Below, in pieces: positions 9,196-18,016 of a stretch of DNA of 23,186 bases. The DNA is from Oligoflexus sp. (GTDB taxonomy: Bacteria > Bdellovibrionota_B > Oligoflexia > Oligoflexales > Oligoflexaceae): contig JBGSTX010000067.1 in the NCBI GenBank assembly GCA_041736305.1, forward strand, positions 1 through 23,186, given 5' to 3'. Position 1 is the first letter of the stretch, and the number at the start of each line of letters is the position of its first letter. The notes beneath the pieces are model-generated. The model made no database searches and was not told the origin of the DNA. It saw nothing but the letters and a program-made list of their open reading frames with translations. A program made the position numbers and the translations under genes.

Positions 9196-9229
9196 GGGCT
9201 GCTGCGAGTTGTGATGCCATTACGAAGAT
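9195..9229 (+). repeat. 35-bp dispersed direct repeat (copy of 21892..21926)
   Basis: cgggctgctgcgagttgtgatgccat[t/g]acgaagat, 34/35 identical between the two sites. Confidence 0.95.
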
Positions 9230-9309
9230 GCAGGCCTAGCGCTTGCAGCGTGATGCGCCTCCCGAGATGGCATTGGGGCAGCTGTTCGGTACAGGCAGGC
9301 CAACATCGC

Positions 9310-9353
9310 TTGACTTAAATAGCTAAGTTAGCTAAACTAAGCTAACTTAGCTA
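9310..9353 (+). promoter_or_regulatory. Sigma70 promoter with overlapping palindromic operator of the TA operon
   Basis: TTGACT(9310-9315)-N17-TAAACT(9333-9338); perfect 14-bp inverted repeat TAGCTAAGTTAGCT(9320-9333)-N6-AGCTAACTTAGCTA(9340-9353) straddling the -10, typical of type II TA autorepression. Confidence 0.85.
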
Positions 9354-9366
9354 GATGAGGTAGGGT

Positions 9367-9600
9367 GTGAGAAAATTAAAGACCAAAGAGGCTAAAGATA
9401 ACTTTTCGCTATTAATCAGGCTTCTGAGAGAAGGGAAAGAAGATCGGGTAATCATCTATAATGGTGATATTCCTGTAGCCGAACTCCGACCTTATCAAGA
9501 ACCCCCTAGTAAGATCCATCTTTTTGGCACCGACAAAACTGCCAAGATGTCTGAAGATTTTGATCGTTATCTACCGGATGAAGTGAAGGATCTTGTGTGA
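9367..9600 (+). CDS. Phd/YefM-family antitoxin
   Basis: 77 aa; EAKDNFSLLI..VII...PVAELRPY pattern, acidic tail; GTGA overlap with the PIN gene; GAGG SD. Confidence 0.85.
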   Translation: MRKLKTKEAKDNFSLLIRLLREGKEDRVIIYNGDIPVAELRPYQEPPSKIHLFGTDKTAKMSEDFDRYLPDEVKDLV

Positions 9601-9995
9601 GCGAATTTTTGTTGGATACTTGCAGCTTGATCTTTGCTCTTGGCGCCGATGACAAAGCCAAAATCCTTCGAGACATTATCGCCTCCTCCCAGGTCTACGT
9701 GTCGGCCATCAACTTTTGGGAAATTGCTATTAAAACTTCCAAAGGTAAACTCTCCATGAGTATTACCCTTGATGATTTAATAGAGCGCTGTTCAAAGGCA
9801 CTAGCAGGCGTCCTGCCAATAGAAGCAAGTGATATATTGGACTATAAAAATCTTTTGGATAGATCGTCGCACAAAGACCCTTTTGATCTTATGCTCCTAG
9901 CTCAGGCAAAAAGTCGAAAAATGCTGCTGATTACCAGCGATCAGATTTTACTCTCAGAGTTTAAAAGACTAACCCGCCCCGTTAAGAAGAATTGA
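9597..9995 (+). CDS. vapC: PIN-domain (VapC-type) toxin
   Basis: LLDTC, VSAINFWEIAIK, HKDPFDLMLLAQA and LITSD motifs. Confidence 0.9.
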   Translation: MSEFLLDTCSLIFALGADDKAKILRDIIASSQVYVSAINFWEIAIKTSKGKLSMSITLDDLIERCSKALAGVLPIEASDILDYKNLLDRSSHKDPFDLMLLAQAKSRKMLLITSDQILLSEFKRLTRPVKKN

Positions 9996-10523
9996 ACACC
10001 GAGCCATCTGAGAAGCACCCCACTCTCTCACGCAGATTAAGCTGGATTTTACTAAGCTACTGATTCACTCAGCTCAGGGCACTTCGCTCCGAATCAACGG
10101 AGAGGTTCTTATCCTGGAGACGCTGGATATGGAGAATAGGGTGATGCTGGTGATTCCTGAAGGCGAGATAGAGGTTGCTGCCGCTCATCCCCGCCACCAG
10201 CCGCGATGCGACGTCTTCAGCGCAGTCGTAGGTAATGCGCTGCGCGCAGCGATAGCCTTCAAGCTCGGTCGATTTGTTCCCAAAAAGGTTTAAGCTTTAG
10301 ACAGTTTACGTAATTCTTTCGTCAGATATATTTTTAGCTTTAATTTTCGTTGGTATGAGCCGTCCCACCATTCAAGGACTAGATTCCTACCCCCCACGAA
10401 GCTCTTCCCTTATCTTCGGCATACGCGGCACATAATCGAAAGCTTACGGCAACTTATTGCTAGACCTCAACTGGGTCTGGGTTTTGCAAGATGGTGCATA
10501 CCATCTTTTGAACCGGGGAAGCT

Positions 10524-11861
10524 ATGCTCAACAGAATTCTTAAAGCTTCAATCTTGCTGCACCTGCTGATTAGCTCATGGACATTAACAGCCAGTGAATC
10601 TGCTTCTGTCTCTTTTTGCGAAGTTGATCCTTCCTTTTCCGTTTGTACCGAGAAAAAGGTCGAATGCAGTTTTTGCCATTCCGAAACTCCGAAATTAAAT
10701 CCCTACGGTGCTGATCTCATGACGGCCCTCAGCAAATTGAGCGGGTATTCAGCAGCCGAAATGCAGCGCTTTCTGCCTTCGGCTGTTATCAGCATTCAGG
10801 AACTCGACAGCGATAAAGATGGAGCAAGCAACGGTGAAGAGATCAGCCTCGGTCGCGCCCCTGGAACGGCTGATGTCAATGAAGATCAGAGCGAAGCCTT
10901 TATCTACGATGCTGCTACCGCCCTTAGGCGCCTCTCTGTCCTCTATTGCGGTCGTCATCCTAGCTTTGTCGAGATGAACGGCTTGGATGGCGCCACCGAT
11001 AAAAGAGGCTACCTTCATGAGCAGCTCGGAAAATGCTTGGAAAGCACTTATTGGTTGAATGAAGGTCTCAATCGTATCGCCGACGATAAGATAAGACCTG
11101 ATGCCCAGTTTGGGATCGATTCCAACGTGGTGTTTGCCGACTGGGACTTCGATTATCGGCTTTTTTCCCACATCATGAGCAAGGACAGAGACGTTAGAGA
11201 GCTCTTGACTGCCCAGTACCATATCGATGTCAATGGAAACGTGGTCCAGGGGCCTATAGCCAGCACTCTCGTGGCCGCGCCTGCGCGCCAGGTTTTAGGC
11301 GGTAACGGCCAGCCACTGGTCGCCACGCGGCGCCAGGGTATGATCACAACCCAATGGTTTATGATGACCAACAACATGCTAGATCCTCTGCCTCGCTCCA
11401 CGGGGGCCGAAGTTTATCGGGCCTGGCTAGGTCTGGATATCGCCAAGAGTCAAGGTTTAAAGCCAGTCGCCGCTGAGCCACGAGATGTAGACGCCAAAGG
11501 CATAAAAGCCCCGGACTGCAGTTTTTGCCACAGTACCCTCGATCCTTTGAGCTACCCATTTTCGGCCTATAGTTTTCAAGGCAACTATGTCGGTCCCAAA
11601 GCCTGGGGCGAGGCTGGGTCGATTCTTGGACAGCCCGTCGCTAATCTGCGCGCTTGGGTCAATGTCGCCATAGCCAGTGATGAATTCAAGATTTCCTTTG
11701 GCAAAACTCTTTGGAATCACGCTTTCAGCCGAGAACCCTCTGGCTATCAAAGCCAGGAATTTGCCGACCTATGGAAGTCTATGCCCGAGGACGGCTACTC
11801 TGCCAACAAGCTGATACATCGTCTGATTGATACCAAATCTTTTGGTGGAGTGCCCAAATGA
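10524..11861 (+). CDS. Secreted protein with two CxxCH haem-c motifs
   Basis: Signal peptide; CSFCH at codons 48 and 332; DSDKDGASNGEE Ca-loop-like motif; CH..LDPL pattern as recalled from planctomycete/myxobacterial cytochrome-like DUF proteins. Confidence 0.75.
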   Translation: MLNRILKASILLHLLISSWTLTASESASVSFCEVDPSFSVCTEKKVECSFCHSETPKLNPYGADLMTALSKLSGYSAAEMQRFLPSAVISIQELDSDKDGASNGEEISLGRAPGTADVNEDQSEAFIYDAATALRRLSVLYCGRHPSFVEMNGLDGATDKRGYLHEQLGKCLESTYWLNEGLNRIADDKIRPDAQFGIDSNVVFADWDFDYRLFSHIMSKDRDVRELLTAQYHIDVNGNVVQGPIASTLVAAPARQVLGGNGQPLVATRRQGMITTQWFMMTNNMLDPLPRSTGAEVYRAWLGLDIAKSQGLKPVAAEPRDVDAKGIKAPDCSFCHSTLDPLSYPFSAYSFQGNYVGPKAWGEAGSILGQPVANLRAWVNVAIASDEFKISFGKTLWNHAFSREPSGYQSQEFADLWKSMPEDGYSANKLIHRLIDTKSFGGVPK

Positions 11862-12547
11862 AAATCTATCAAGCTATCTTTCTCATACTCTTCGCTATTC
11901 AGCTGAGCGACTGCTCCAAGAGAAAAGTCAGAGGAGATTACGGAGATAGCAACCGCTCAACACCCAGCGATGGGTCCCAGGATAGTTCGCAAGGCGACGA
12001 GGACGAGCTGACGGAAGCCGAAAGAATTGCGAGGCAGGCACTTATCTCGCAGAACATGAATGTAATCTGGAAACGCTCCAAGGCTCTGGAATTATCGATC
12101 GCCAGTGCCCTGCGCTTGAGCCCGGCCGATATGTGTGTGGTAGGGAGCGGCAGCAACTGCATCAGCCAAGCCTTTCTCCCTTTGCTGGGCGGCAATGATG
12201 CCTTTACCAAAGGTCAATACCTTCCGCCCGCTTCCCCGTCCCGGCTGACTCCCTCGGTGGTCGACCGCGTTCTGCTCTCATCGTGCATCCGCCGAGCCGA
12301 GCTCGATCAGGCAGCCGCTCCTCAGATTTTTAAACAGTTTTCCCTCGCGGGTAGCGCCGCAGCAGTGAGCGATCAGCAGCTCGACGCTCTGAGCGATCTT
12401 CTCTATAAAGAGTTTCTTGCTCGAAAACCGTCACAGGATCAGCTGGAGATACTTCGTAAACTGAAGGACCAGAGCGCAACGGCTTTCGAGCTGGCAGTCC
12501 TGACTTGCTTTACTGTTAGTACTCAAACGGAATTTCTATTCTATTGA
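11858..12547 (+). CDS. Hypothetical lipoprotein
   Basis: MKIYQAIFLILFAIQLSD-C signal, acidic linker, four further Cys; ATGA overlap with the upstream gene. Confidence 0.75.
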   Translation: MKIYQAIFLILFAIQLSDCSKRKVRGDYGDSNRSTPSDGSQDSSQGDEDELTEAERIARQALISQNMNVIWKRSKALELSIASALRLSPADMCVVGSGSNCISQAFLPLLGGNDAFTKGQYLPPASPSRLTPSVVDRVLLSSCIRRAELDQAAAPQIFKQFSLAGSAAAVSDQQLDALSDLLYKEFLARKPSQDQLEILRKLKDQSATAFELAVLTCFTVSTQTEFLFY

Positions 12548-12558
12548 AAGAGAGACCC

Positions 12559-13980
12559 ATGGAAAAGCCCAGCAGACGCCAGTTTCTGAAAACAGCCGCC
12601 ATCTCTTCCCTCGGTAGCGGCTTGTCGCTAAACGGATTGCAGGCTCAAACCGGCAGCCGCGCCCCGGCCCGTTACTTATTCGTTATAGCTGCCAACGGCG
12701 GCGGCGACATCACGGAAAGTCTCCTGCCTATCGTCTCAGGCGGCGCCCTCTCTTTCCCGGTCGCCGAACTCCGCAGCATCGCCAACTCTCCCTTCGTAGT
12801 CCCGGTCCTGCCTGAAGCAGCTTTTACACTGATGCAGGCTCGATTTGCCAACAATTATCAGATGGCGACTTTTCTCACCAAGCATAAGACCGATACCGTG
12901 GTCATGACACAGACCAATTCCAGCGTTAACCACAACGTGGCAGCCGCGCGCGCCTTGACTGGTGACGACATCAACCGGGGTCAGACTCTGATGGAAGCTG
13001 CGAGCTTAAAATATGGCCAGGGCCTGGCTCTGCCTAACTGCAGCATGGCCAACGGTCACTATCTGCTCCATGGCTCCGACGGCGGGCTGCCGAATTTTGC
13101 CAGATCTGAGACGGTCATCGATCCTCTGACCTTCGGTTTCAGTACCCACGCAATCAAGGGCGTGAATAGAGCCCCGTCGCAAGAATCCATTAATTTTGCT
13201 CGCGGCCTTCGTGCTGATCTAGAAAAGTCTTCGCCAATTTTTCAAAAGCTCAAGAACCACGAGACCCTCGCCCACTATTTGGAAAATCGCCAGACTCTGA
13301 TCAATTCGATCGAAAAAGGCGATTACCTGGATAAGCTTAATTTAAGTCAAAGCTCGGGTGCGGACTATCAAAAGATCTTAGCTGCTTTCCCAGGGATCAC
13401 GAGCGATCCCCTGCAGGCCCAGGCAGCCTTAGCCTTTCTTTTAGCCAAAAATAACCTATCTTGCGCTCTAACAATCTCACCGGGCGGGCAGTTCCTTCAG
13501 CTCAACGGTGCCGGCACCAACGTCGCGACTGGGTTCGACCTCTCTCATACCAATCATCGTGAAACTCAGTATGTTATGTGGAATCGCATCATGCGGACCG
13601 CCGATGCTCTGATAGATTTGCTCAAATCGCAGGATGTCGACAACGATCCAGCGCAGGGTAAAATGTGGGACCGCAGCTTGATCTTTATCGCCACAGAATT
13701 TGGCCGAACCCGCTTCCAACCTGCTCGCGGCGGCGCCAGCGGTCACAATCTGAACAATGGCAGTATCCTGATTTCGCCATTGCTCAAAGGCAATACCATT
13801 TATGGCGGCGTGAACGGGGCGACGGGTGCAACTTTTGGCTTCGATCGAGTGACAGGTGCTCCTCGTCCCAACGATCCTGCCGCCACCATGAACGAGAAAG
13901 ACGTTTACAGCGTGATCTGCCAAGCGCTCGGGATCAGCTTTGAGGGTCGGCGTGATATACCTGCCATGGTTAAAGCATGA
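12559..13980 (+). CDS. Tat-exported DUF1501-like protein
   Basis: SRRQFLK twin-arginine signal, GGGD, SVNH, GFDLSH, TEFGRT, GNTIYGG motifs. Start is ATG 12559 or coupled TTG 12544. Confidence 0.75.
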   Translation: MEKPSRRQFLKTAAISSLGSGLSLNGLQAQTGSRAPARYLFVIAANGGGDITESLLPIVSGGALSFPVAELRSIANSPFVVPVLPEAAFTLMQARFANNYQMATFLTKHKTDTVVMTQTNSSVNHNVAAARALTGDDINRGQTLMEAASLKYGQGLALPNCSMANGHYLLHGSDGGLPNFARSETVIDPLTFGFSTHAIKGVNRAPSQESINFARGLRADLEKSSPIFQKLKNHETLAHYLENRQTLINSIEKGDYLDKLNLSQSSGADYQKILAAFPGITSDPLQAQAALAFLLAKNNLSCALTISPGGQFLQLNGAGTNVATGFDLSHTNHRETQYVMWNRIMRTADALIDLLKSQDVDNDPAQGKMWDRSLIFIATEFGRTRFQPARGGASGHNLNNGSILISPLLKGNTIYGGVNGATGATFGFDRVTGAPRPNDPAATMNEKDVYSVICQALGISFEGRRDIPAMVKA

Positions 13981-14038
13981 AACACCTTAGTTTTCGTTAT
14001 TTCCGGTATTAGGAAATCGCGACATCCAAAACCAATTT

Positions 14039-14067
14039 TGCAGGGCTTTGAACGCGGAAGCCCTGCA
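14039..14067. terminator. Hairpin between convergent genes (possible terminator)
   Basis: TGCAGGGCTT-N9-AAGCCCTGCA, perfect 10-bp stem; no U-tract on either strand. Confidence 0.4.
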
Positions 14068-14144
14068 GGATCTGCAGAAATATTGGGTAAGATGGGAGAG
14101 TTCCTCGATGCTCGAACCCATCGCCGCAATACGTTTCAACAGCT

Positions 14145-15125
14145 CTAGCGGTTGACGGTACTCATATCTGGGTACCGAAGACCACTCACACCTCCAGGAG
14201 GAAGAATCTTCTTCAAAGTTTCCAGCTCAGCAGAGCTAAAGGTAATCTCGCTAGCCTTCACGTTTTCAAGAAGCCGCTGCCGTTTGGTGGTTCCAGGAAT
14301 AGGAACAATGTCATCACCCTGTGCCAAGACCCAGGCCAAAGCAAGTTGGGCAGCAGTCACTCCGCGAGCTCTTGCCAGCTTTTCAAGCTCTTCAACGAGC
14401 TTTATGTTCTTCGTAAAATTTTCGCCTTGGAAGCGAGGACTGTTTTTCCGATAGTCACCGTCAGGGATATCTTCTGGCTTTTTAAAGGAGCCTGTGAGAA
14501 AGCCGCGTCCCAGGGGGCTATAAGCGACCAAAGCGATCCCGAGTTTACGGAGAAGCGGTAGGACTTCGGTTTCAGGATCTCGGGTCCAGAGAGAGTATTC
14601 TGACTGCAGGGCTGTGATGGGATGAATCCGATGAGCACGTTCGATAGATTCCGGGCTAGCTTCCGAGAGCCCCAGATACCGCACCTTACCCATCTTCACG
14701 AGTTCTGCCATGGCGCCTATCGTATCTTCAAGAGGAACCTTAGGGTCAATACGATGTTGGTAGTAGAGATCAATCGTATCAATTCCAAGGCGTTTCAGTG
14801 ACGCCTCACAGCATTTCCTCACATATTCTGGGCGTCCGTTCACACCAATTAGTTTTCCATCTGGGCTACGCTCGAGACCAAATTTCGTCGCGATAATAGC
14901 CTTATCACGTTTACCTTCTAGAGCCTTACCTAGCAGGCTCTCATTAGTAAACGGCCCATACATATCAGCCGTGTCAAAGAAATTAAGCCCTAACTCAAGA
15001 GCATAATGGAGAGTAGCCACAGATTCTTTCTCATCGCTACCTACATAAAATTCAGACATGCCCATACAACCCAGACCGATCCTGGATACTTTGAGGCCAC
15101 TTTTTCCAAGCTGAATGAGTTCCAT
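14145..15125 (-). CDS. Aldo/keto reductase
   Basis: [49 protein letters not shown]. Start moved to ATG 15125 ([14 protein letters not shown] upstream). Confidence 0.95.
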   Translation of the reverse strand: MELIQLGKSGLKVSRIGLGCMGMSEFYVGSDEKESVATLHYALELGLNFFDTADMYGPFTNESLLGKALEGKRDKAIIATKFGLERSPDGKLIGVNGRPEYVRKCCEASLKRLGIDTIDLYYQHRIDPKVPLEDTIGAMAELVKMGKVRYLGLSEASPESIERAHRIHPITALQSEYSLWTRDPETEVLPLLRKLGIALVAYSPLGRGFLTGSFKKPEDIPDGDYRKNSPRFQGENFTKNIKLVEELEKLARARGVTAAQLALAWVLAQGDDIVPIPGTTKRQRLLENVKASEITFSSAELETLKKILPPGGVSGLRYPDMSTVNR

Positions 15126-15369
15126 AAATAGTCCCCAATACAAAAGAATCAAAGAATTGTTATAGGCGTTGCGAGGCGAGCTGTCGAGAACTGTCACCCA
15201 TCATCTATTCCCTTCATCACACCTTCGCTGAGCCAGGTCACAGAGTTCCTCCTGCACATCTCTAGAGCAGCCTTCTGGGCTCGGCCGCTTTCTCAAAAGC
15301 CTTAATAATATATTTTCATGCGAAATTCCTTCGCTTTTACCGGAGTTTAAAACTTCCCCTGCTCATTTT

Positions 15370-15397
15370 TAAGCTCAGCGAAGTGAAAGGCCGAAAC
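15370..15397 (+). promoter_or_regulatory. Sigma28-like promoter
   Basis: TAAG-N16-GCCGAAAC, 32 bp upstream of the 15430 start. Confidence 0.45.
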
Positions 15398-15429
15398 GAT
15401 TTTTAGCGAGACAAGCAGAGGAGTTTTCG

Positions 15430-17988
15430 ATGTCAAATCTTTCCCACTCAAGTATATTTTTCGGCCTCTCATGGGGATTTATATTTATTCTTACTTCCTG
15501 TGGGAACCCCGCGCAATTTCGAAGTGCAGGGGCGAATTTCGTTATTGAATCTCCTAAGTCGACAAGAGAAGATGATCAAGTGGCTCTTATCGAAGCTTAT
15601 CGCTACGATTTAATTCTTGCCCAGGGTAAAACAGTCATACGGCCTGGAACGATCCCTGCCCACCCCAAGGTTATGCGGAACGAAGATCAAACTCCTCTGG
15701 TAGGAACTGATGCCGAGGCATGGTCCGTCCAGCTGCGAATCGCTCAGGAAGATCGGATACCGGGCCCCCTGCAGGAGCGTCCTCTCGATCTCTCGGCATA
15801 TGCTGGACTAATTCCTATTGAAGCTATTTTCACTCATAGCAGCGGCCGCAACGGCCAAGTCACTCGCGCTATTTTTGTTGACGGTGAAGCACCACGGCTG
15901 AATTTACTCGAGCAGTCCCTGACTCCGGCAGGCGACCAGCGTACTCTTTACTGGTCGGCGAGCGACAACTACCAGCTCCTCAGCGAGCGTAGCACCCTCT
16001 ACGCCTGCCTTAACAATGAGCCTAACTTTTTACCGAGCGACTATGAAGCCCTTAAAAACCTTCCCAAGCACTGCGCTCTCGTCCTTAGCGGCAATGAGCT
16101 CCACAAAGCGAGTGATCAGCTCACGCTTGGCGCGCTCACCATCGAAGGCACGAGCTATCTCCCAAGTCAGCTTCTGCACTATCTTTATGCTGAAGACAGC
16201 GTAGGGCAAATCACCGTCATACCTATGACAGCAGCCCCCAAGAATGCTGGAATTCTTAGCCTCGATTCTTCCATCAAGGGCGTTCGCTATACCAAAGAAA
16301 GCAGTATAACGGTTCCTTTGACCTTAGCTTTAATCCAAGGCGAGCAGGTGACGCGCGTCCATCAAGCTCCAAATAGCTGGGGTGGATTCACTTTTCAGTC
16401 CGAACGCCTGAGCGATAAGTTCACTTCCTCTAGCGATTTTGAAGCGACGAAGTCGCTGGCTCTAGGCAGTGAGGAAGGTCTCTACTCCCTAGTTATGCAA
16501 GCTCATGAAAAAGTTTCGGGGCTCAGTAGCAATTTACGCTCACTGCAGGTGGTTCTCGACCGGACTCCTCCTCAGGTCGGCGATCTGCAAATCCAGGTTC
16601 CTCTTGGTCTTTTGGAAACGACTACACAGGTTACCATCAACTGGAGCGCCAGCGATCTCAACGGTATCAGCACGCAGCGTCTGGAGTACCAGAGTAAGGG
16701 AGAGAGCAGCTGGACCAAACTTGCAGATCTTAACGGCGTCGAACGCAGCCTAACCTTGAGCTGGGGAAACCGTCCCCTAAAGACCTTTAGTGTCCGAGTT
16801 GTCGCGACGGATCTGGCTGGCAACGAAGGTGAGGGTGTCTCTGCTCCTTGGTCGCCACAGATCTTTAATGCAGCCGTCCTTACCTCTTCGGTCCAGTGCT
16901 TTTACTGTCACCTTAAGGTCGAGGGTGACGTCGCTGGAATCAACTTTACCTCCGATATCGAAGCAAGTTCCGGCGATAGATTTGAAATCATAGGTAAGCT
17001 TTTTGCTAGCAACCAGATTCCTCAGGTTTTCAAGACTAAGATTGCCGAAAGTAAGATGAAGGTTTCAGGGGGCGTTGTCGAAAACTACGACAATAGCGGG
17101 ATCAAGATCTTCCCCAGCAAGAAAGATGCTGCGGGCGTTCCGATCTTTCCGACCTTGACGGTCGAGCAGCTCACGCCTCGTATGAATGGAACTGTCACCG
17201 ACGCCAGCGGTCGCCGCTATAGCCGCATCTATGAGGGTAACCTCGTTCTGAGCGGCACCGAAGCCAACCCCATCGGCATCAGTGGTGAATTTCTGGTGAA
17301 CGGTGACCTCGTCATCAAAGGTGTTTACAAGGGCATTGGCTCAATATACGCCCGCAACGTCTATGTGGTCGGTGACCTCATTTCAAGCGACTGTCTTCCC
17401 GGCTCGCCGAACTGCCCTTATCCCTTCGTAGGCACGACTGACGAGGAAAAGCTGGCGAAGGCCAAGGCCGCAGTCAAAGCCAAGCGGAGTGCGCTGTACC
17501 TCGCCGGGATCAAGCAGACGGTCGTCGGAGGGGTGAGCCGTCATTGGGGGGATCAAATATCCCTTAGCGATCCCTACAGCTGGTTGCCTGAGTCTGAGTA
17601 CATCAAGCTCTGCACACCTGCTAGCCATCTCAGGCAATCCAATGGCTCGATTTTCCCGATTGACAATGCTTATATTGATCCGATAGCGACCGCGACCGAC
17701 ATCCGTATCCGTTGCGAAGTGGGACGGGTGGACGCTTTCCTCTACGGCCATGATGCCATTGCCTGGCGGAGTTATGCGAACTTTCTCATCAACGGTGGCT
17801 TTGTCGGCTACAAGGCTGCGCTCCTCTCTACGACTCCTTATCGCTGGTTCCACCATACCAACAAGTCTTTGGCTGTACCCAACAACCCTCGGAACGGAAT
17901 GCCGGCGAACCTCAATGTGATTCGCTACGACTGGCGCCTACGAGCTGGTGGTGCAGGCTTTGAAAGCCTGAAGCTACTCTTCGAATAA
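15430..17988 (+). CDS. Large lipoprotein: Ig/Fn3-like stalk + C-terminal beta-solenoid-like domain with CxxCH
   Basis: LTS-C lipobox; VDGEAP, LDRTPP, ATDLAGN Ig-like boundary motifs; CFYCH at 16897-16911; G-spaced beta strands GNLVLSG..GEFLVNGDLVIKGVYKGIGSIYARNVYVVGDL. Confidence 0.75.
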   Translation: MSNLSHSSIFFGLSWGFIFILTSCGNPAQFRSAGANFVIESPKSTREDDQVALIEAYRYDLILAQGKTVIRPGTIPAHPKVMRNEDQTPLVGTDAEAWSVQLRIAQEDRIPGPLQERPLDLSAYAGLIPIEAIFTHSSGRNGQVTRAIFVDGEAPRLNLLEQSLTPAGDQRTLYWSASDNYQLLSERSTLYACLNNEPNFLPSDYEALKNLPKHCALVLSGNELHKASDQLTLGALTIEGTSYLPSQLLHYLYAEDSVGQITVIPMTAAPKNAGILSLDSSIKGVRYTKESSITVPLTLALIQGEQVTRVHQAPNSWGGFTFQSERLSDKFTSSSDFEATKSLALGSEEGLYSLVMQAHEKVSGLSSNLRSLQVVLDRTPPQVGDLQIQVPLGLLETTTQVTINWSASDLNGISTQRLEYQSKGESSWTKLADLNGVERSLTLSWGNRPLKTFSVRVVATDLAGNEGEGVSAPWSPQIFNAAVLTSSVQCFYCHLKVEGDVAGINFTSDIEASSGDRFEIIGKLFASNQIPQVFKTKIAESKMKVSGGVVENYDNSGIKIFPSKKDAAGVPIFPTLTVEQLTPRMNGTVTDASGRRYSRIYEGNLVLSGTEANPIGISGEFLVNGDLVIKGVYKGIGSIYARNVYVVGDLISSDCLPGSPNCPYPFVGTTDEEKLAKAKAAVKAKRSALYLAGIKQTVVGGVSRHWGDQISLSDPYSWLPESEYIKLCTPASHLRQSNGSIFPIDNAYIDPIATATDIRIRCEVGRVDAFLYGHDAIAWRSYANFLINGGFVGYKAALLSTTPYRWFHHTNKSLAVPNNPRNGMPANLNVIRYDWRLRAGGAGFESLKLLFE

Positions 17989-18016
17989 CGACTAAGACTA
18001 TGAGTACGAGGTAAAT

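Noticed and set aside
9195-9229. 35-bp patch as a self-targeting CRISPR spacer
   Set aside because: No flanking repeats, no array and no cas genes in the window.
8983-9318. 111-aa ORF as a real gene
   Set aside because: Chimera of IS3 orfB and read-through into unrelated sequence.
5824-10100. Integron cassette array
   Set aside because: No convincing attC (RYYYAAC...GTTRRRY hairpin) sites and no integrase seen.
10472-10488. Sigma54 promoter GG-N10-GC before 10524
   Set aside because: Spacing and TTGCA fit, but the -24 element matches TGGCAC poorly.
15126-15197. N-terminal extension of the aldo/keto reductase
   Set aside because: Family similarity starts at ATG 15125.
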